DNA from: an uncultured Gemmatimonadales bacterium
Lineage (GTDB): Bacteria; Gemmatimonadota; Gemmatimonadetes; Gemmatimonadales; GWC2-71-9
Assembly: GCA_963779755.1 (NCBI GenBank)
Contig: CAVZZO010000001.1
Coordinates: 1,888,001 to 1,952,000 of the forward strand
Direction of reading: 5' to 3'
DNA: 64,000 bases
Part shown: positions 61,128 through 64,000 of the stretch, piece after piece
Layout of the letters: every line of letters starts with the position of its first letter
How positions within the stretch are numbered: position 1 is the stretch's first letter
Position numbers and translations under genes: made by a program
The notes under the pieces: generated by a model
Databases searched by the model: none
Told to the model about the DNA's origin: nothing
What the model saw: the letters and a program-made list of their open reading frames with translations, nothing else

Positions 61128-62356
61128 GCGTCTTCGCCCCGCAACCGCTGGCGGAGCTCTGGGGCCTGCAGCCGGCGCGCTCCGCCATCCCGCCCTCCGG
61201 GGCCGTGCTGCCGCTGGGGCGGCACGGCAGCGTGCTCGATCTGGGGGGCGGCGAATCCCTCGAGACCAGCGGAGGGGTGATCGTCAGGCTGCCGGCGCCG
61301 GGCGGCGCGGACGCCCCGCTCCTGAACGATCTCGAGGCGGCGGCCCGCTACGTACTCTCCGAAGCCTATCGAGGCGAGCACCCTGCGGAACCTTCCTGGC
61401 TGCTTCGGGCCTATTACCGGTTGCGGCCGCTGATGCCCCGGCCGGTGCAGCTCATGCTGCGGCGCCGGCACGCGCGCGGGCGGGCGGCGCGGGCCTGGCT
61501 CGGCTGGCCGGTGGATGGGCGGTGGGTGGCGCTGGCGGAATCGTGGCTGTTTCTGCGGCTGGGCGCGGCGGTCGAGGTGAAGGTGTTGCGCGCGTGGCCC
61601 GAACCGTTTCGCGCTGCCGCCGCCCTGACCCACGACGTCGAAGGCAGCGAAGGGCAGGCGCGCTGCCTGGAGGTAGCCGCGCTGGAGGAGCGCTACGGCT
61701 TCCGCAGCTGCTTCAACTTCGTGGCGGAACGCTATCCCCTCGACCAGGGCGTGATGGATGAGCTGCGGGCGCGGGGCCACGAAATCGGGCTGCACGGTAT
61801 CCGGCACGACGGCCGCAAATTCAGCAGCCGGTCCATCTTCGAGGAGCGGGTGCAGGCGATGCGGCGCTATCGTGACGCCTGGCGGGTCGAGGGGTTCCGC
61901 TCGCCCGCCACGCACCGGCGCTGGGACTGGATGCCCGAGCTTCCCTTTGCCTACGACAGTTCGTTTCCCGACACCGACCCCTACGAGCCGATTCCCGGTG
62001 GTTGCGGCAGCCCCTGGCCCTTCCGCCTGGGGGACCTGATCGAGTTGCCCATCACCCTGCCGCAGGACCACACCGTCTGGGAGATTCTGCGGCAGCCCGC
62101 GCTTCCGCTCTGGCTGGCGAAAGTGGACTGGCTGCGGCAGGTGCGCGGCCTGGCGACGATTATCGTGCACCCGGACTATCTCAGCCGGCGGGAACGGTGG
62201 GAGGAGTACGAGGCGTTCCTGGCCGGGCTGGCCGGCCGGCAGGAGGTCTGGGTTGCGCGGGCCGGGGACATCGCCCGCTGGTGGCGGGAGCGGCGCGAGC
62301 GGCAGCGGGCGACCCGGGTACGGGAGGGATCGGTATGGCGTATCCACTTCGCCTGA
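61124..62356 (+). CDS. Polysaccharide deacetylase family protein (probable CTG start)
   Basis: LTHDVE, EIGLHGIRHD, GFRSP, YDSS, ELPITLPQD, HPDY; GGAGG 7 nt before CTG 61124. Confidence 0.82.
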   Translation: MSVFAPQPLAELWGLQPARSAIPPSGAVLPLGRHGSVLDLGGGESLETSGGVIVRLPAPGGADAPLLNDLEAAARYVLSEAYRGEHPAEPSWLLRAYYRLRPLMPRPVQLMLRRRHARGRAARAWLGWPVDGRWVALAESWLFLRLGAAVEVKVLRAWPEPFRAAAALTHDVEGSEGQARCLEVAALEERYGFRSCFNFVAERYPLDQGVMDELRARGHEIGLHGIRHDGRKFSSRSIFEERVQAMRRYRDAWRVEGFRSPATHRRWDWMPELPFAYDSSFPDTDPYEPIPGGCGSPWPFRLGDLIELPITLPQDHTVWEILRQPALPLWLAKVDWLRQVRGLATIIVHPDYLSRRERWEEYEAFLAGLAGRQEVWVARAGDIARWWRERRERQRATRVREGSVWRIHFA

Positions 62357-62363
62357 GCACGCG

Positions 62364-63428
62364 ATGAGCGGCGACGGGCTGGTCCGGCGGGGGCGGCTGC
62401 CCTGGCGCCATCTCGCGTTCTTCGGCTGGATGCCGGGGCCGCTCAAGCGCTGGTGCTATCGGCACCTGCTGGGCTACCGGATCGGCCGCGGGGTCGAGCT
62501 GGGCTTCGGCTCGGCGGTGGTGGGGCAGGAGGTCGAACTGGGCGACGGGGTGTCAATCGGCTTTCTGACCATCGTGCGCGGCCGGCAGATCCGGATCGGC
62601 CGGCATACCCAGATCGGCGCCACCAGCTATCTCCTCTGTGAGCGCATCGAGATCGGCGAGGACGCGAAGATCAACGAGCAGGTATTCGTGGGCGGTCCCA
62701 TGCTGCCGGATTCGCTCTTCCGGCTGGGCAGCCGCACCATCGTGATGCAGATGGCCTTTCTCAACCCGACGCGCCCCCTGGTGATCGGGGATGACAGCGG
62801 CATTGGCGGTCACTGTCTCATCTTCACCCATGGGTCGTGGCTCAATGTGCTGGACGGCTACCCGGTGTCCTTCGAGCCGGTGACGATCGGCGAGAGCGTC
62901 TGGTTGCCGTGGCGAGTCTTCGTCATGCCGGGCGCGACCATCGGCGATGGCAGCGTGATCGGCGCCAACTCCCTGGTGCAGGGTGACATTCCGCCCTCCA
63001 GCCTGGCCGTGGGGTCGCCCGCGCGGGTCATCCGGTCGGCGCCGGAGTTCCCCCCTCGGCCCGACGAGCGCCGCCGCCGGCAGCTGGTGGACACGATGAT
63101 CGGCGCGTTCGACGAGTATGTGGCGCGCAACGGCGTGCAACGCGAGGGCCGGCGCTACCGGGCGGAGGGCCGGGAGTACACGCTCCTGTGGCGGCGGGAG
63201 CCGGCCCCGCTGCCGCCCGCGCTCACGGCCGGGACGCTGCTGCTGACGGAGGTCCCGCTCAGCGAGGCAGAGAAGGACATCTTGCGGCGGCAGCATGCCA
63301 GCTGGCTGGACCTGGCCGGCCGGAGCCGGAGCGAGCACGGCAACCGCCTGTGCGAAGAGCTGGCGCTCTTTCTCTCGCGCTACGGCATCCGCTTGCCGCG
63401 GGACGGCGGCCCGGGCCCCGGCCGATGA
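62364..63428 (+). CDS. Hexapeptide-repeat acyltransferase with C-terminal extension
   Basis: Left-handed beta-helix repeats, IFTHG, PVTIGESVW, IGANSLV, GSPAR. Confidence 0.85.
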   Translation: MSGDGLVRRGRLPWRHLAFFGWMPGPLKRWCYRHLLGYRIGRGVELGFGSAVVGQEVELGDGVSIGFLTIVRGRQIRIGRHTQIGATSYLLCERIEIGEDAKINEQVFVGGPMLPDSLFRLGSRTIVMQMAFLNPTRPLVIGDDSGIGGHCLIFTHGSWLNVLDGYPVSFEPVTIGESVWLPWRVFVMPGATIGDGSVIGANSLVQGDIPPSSLAVGSPARVIRSAPEFPPRPDERRRRQLVDTMIGAFDEYVARNGVQREGRRYRAEGREYTLLWRREPAPLPPALTAGTLLLTEVPLSEAEKDILRRQHASWLDLAGRSRSEHGNRLCEELALFLSRYGIRLPRDGGPGPGR

Positions 63429-64000
63429 CCGGAGGAACCGTCCCACGCCGGGCTGCCGCCCTGCTGGCCCTGCTCTGGCTGGCCGGGTGCCGCGATCTCA
63501 CCCCACCGAAGACGCCGGAAGGATCGGTGCTGCTTCCCTCCGCGCCCGCCCACGTCTTCTCGGCGTTGGCCGACACGCTGCAGCTGCGACCCCTGGCCTT
63601 CGATGACCGGGGTTGGCTGGCGGTCGATGCGCGTTTTTCATTTGCCAGCAGCGACACCTCGGTGGCGCGGGTGTCTCCCCGCGGGCTGGTTCGCGCCGTG
63701 GGCAATGGCTCGGCCCTGGTGGTCGCCGCCGTGCAGGGCCGGGCAGCCGCCGGCAGCCTGAGCGTGGTCGTGCGGCAGAAAGCCGACTCGCTCGCCGTGG
63801 CCCTGAGTGATACGTCTTCCATTCTCACCCTCGATGCCGGCGATCCGGTTCCACTGGTTTGCCAGGCCTGGGACCATAACCGGATGCCGCTGCAGTTTCC
63901 GCTGCCGGTGGAGAGCGCGACCGGAGTGGTTCCGGCCGGCTCGTGCGACGGTCTGCCGGCGCTCCGGTCCGGGCTGGATACCCTGACGGTCGCCGCCGGC
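63425..64000 (+). CDS. Lipoprotein with Ig-like (Big_2) domain, 5' part (runs off window)
   Basis: MTGGTVPRRAAALLALLWLAGC lipobox; FASSDTSVARVSPRGLVRAVGNG; ATGA coupling. Confidence 0.75.
   Translation, partial: MTGGTVPRRAAALLALLWLAGCRDLTPPKTPEGSVLLPSAPAHVFSALADTLQLRPLAFDDRGWLAVDARFSFASSDTSVARVSPRGLVRAVGNGSALVVAAVQGRAAAGSLSVVVRQKADSLAVALSDTSSILTLDAGDPVPLVCQAWDHNRMPLQFPLPVESATGVVPAGSCDGLPALRSGLDTLTVAAG

Overview
High-GC bacterial chromosomal segment with about 57 CDSs, nearly all on the + strand. Gene order and protein style suggest Gemmatimonadota, which is an inference and not a database result. It is mostly core genome, in this order: radC(3' end)-rel-EVE-uvrB-tsaE-tsaB-rimI-ssb; a LysM (TsaP-like) gene; epimerase-tolQRAB-pal-cpoB followed by a single 1193-aa TatC::LptD-like fusion ORF; a lipoprotein with a sigma54-type promoter; hutH; TPR-polyprenyl synthase-DUF4321-tatA; ppiD (-); TPR-aroQ-M24 peptidase-accB-pilT/U-accC-comB-ftsK; yraN-four-helix-bundle gene-recA-recX-alaS-cpsB-gmhA-SDR-cca-ZIP; rarA-LEA-hflX; a divergent isocitrate lyase (-); and the start of a surface-polysaccharide locus. 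No rRNA, tRNA, CRISPR array, transposase or integrase was recognised. Main oddities: (i) many intergenic gaps hold short tandem heptamer arrays arranged as inverted repeats, often with a different unit at each locus, and one such pair (25/28 nt match) exactly brackets a small four-helix-bundle gene like a mini mobile cassette; (ii) TatC is joined in frame to an LptD-like beta-barrel through an internal signal-peptide-like segment; (iii) a PilT/PilU ATPase is wedged between accB and accC; (iv) five genes show a leaderless TAnnnT-N6/7-ATG signature; (v) hflX and a deacetylase appear to use non-canonical starts; (vi) the ICL has an RTCGH catalytic loop. All functional calls come from motif recognition by eye.
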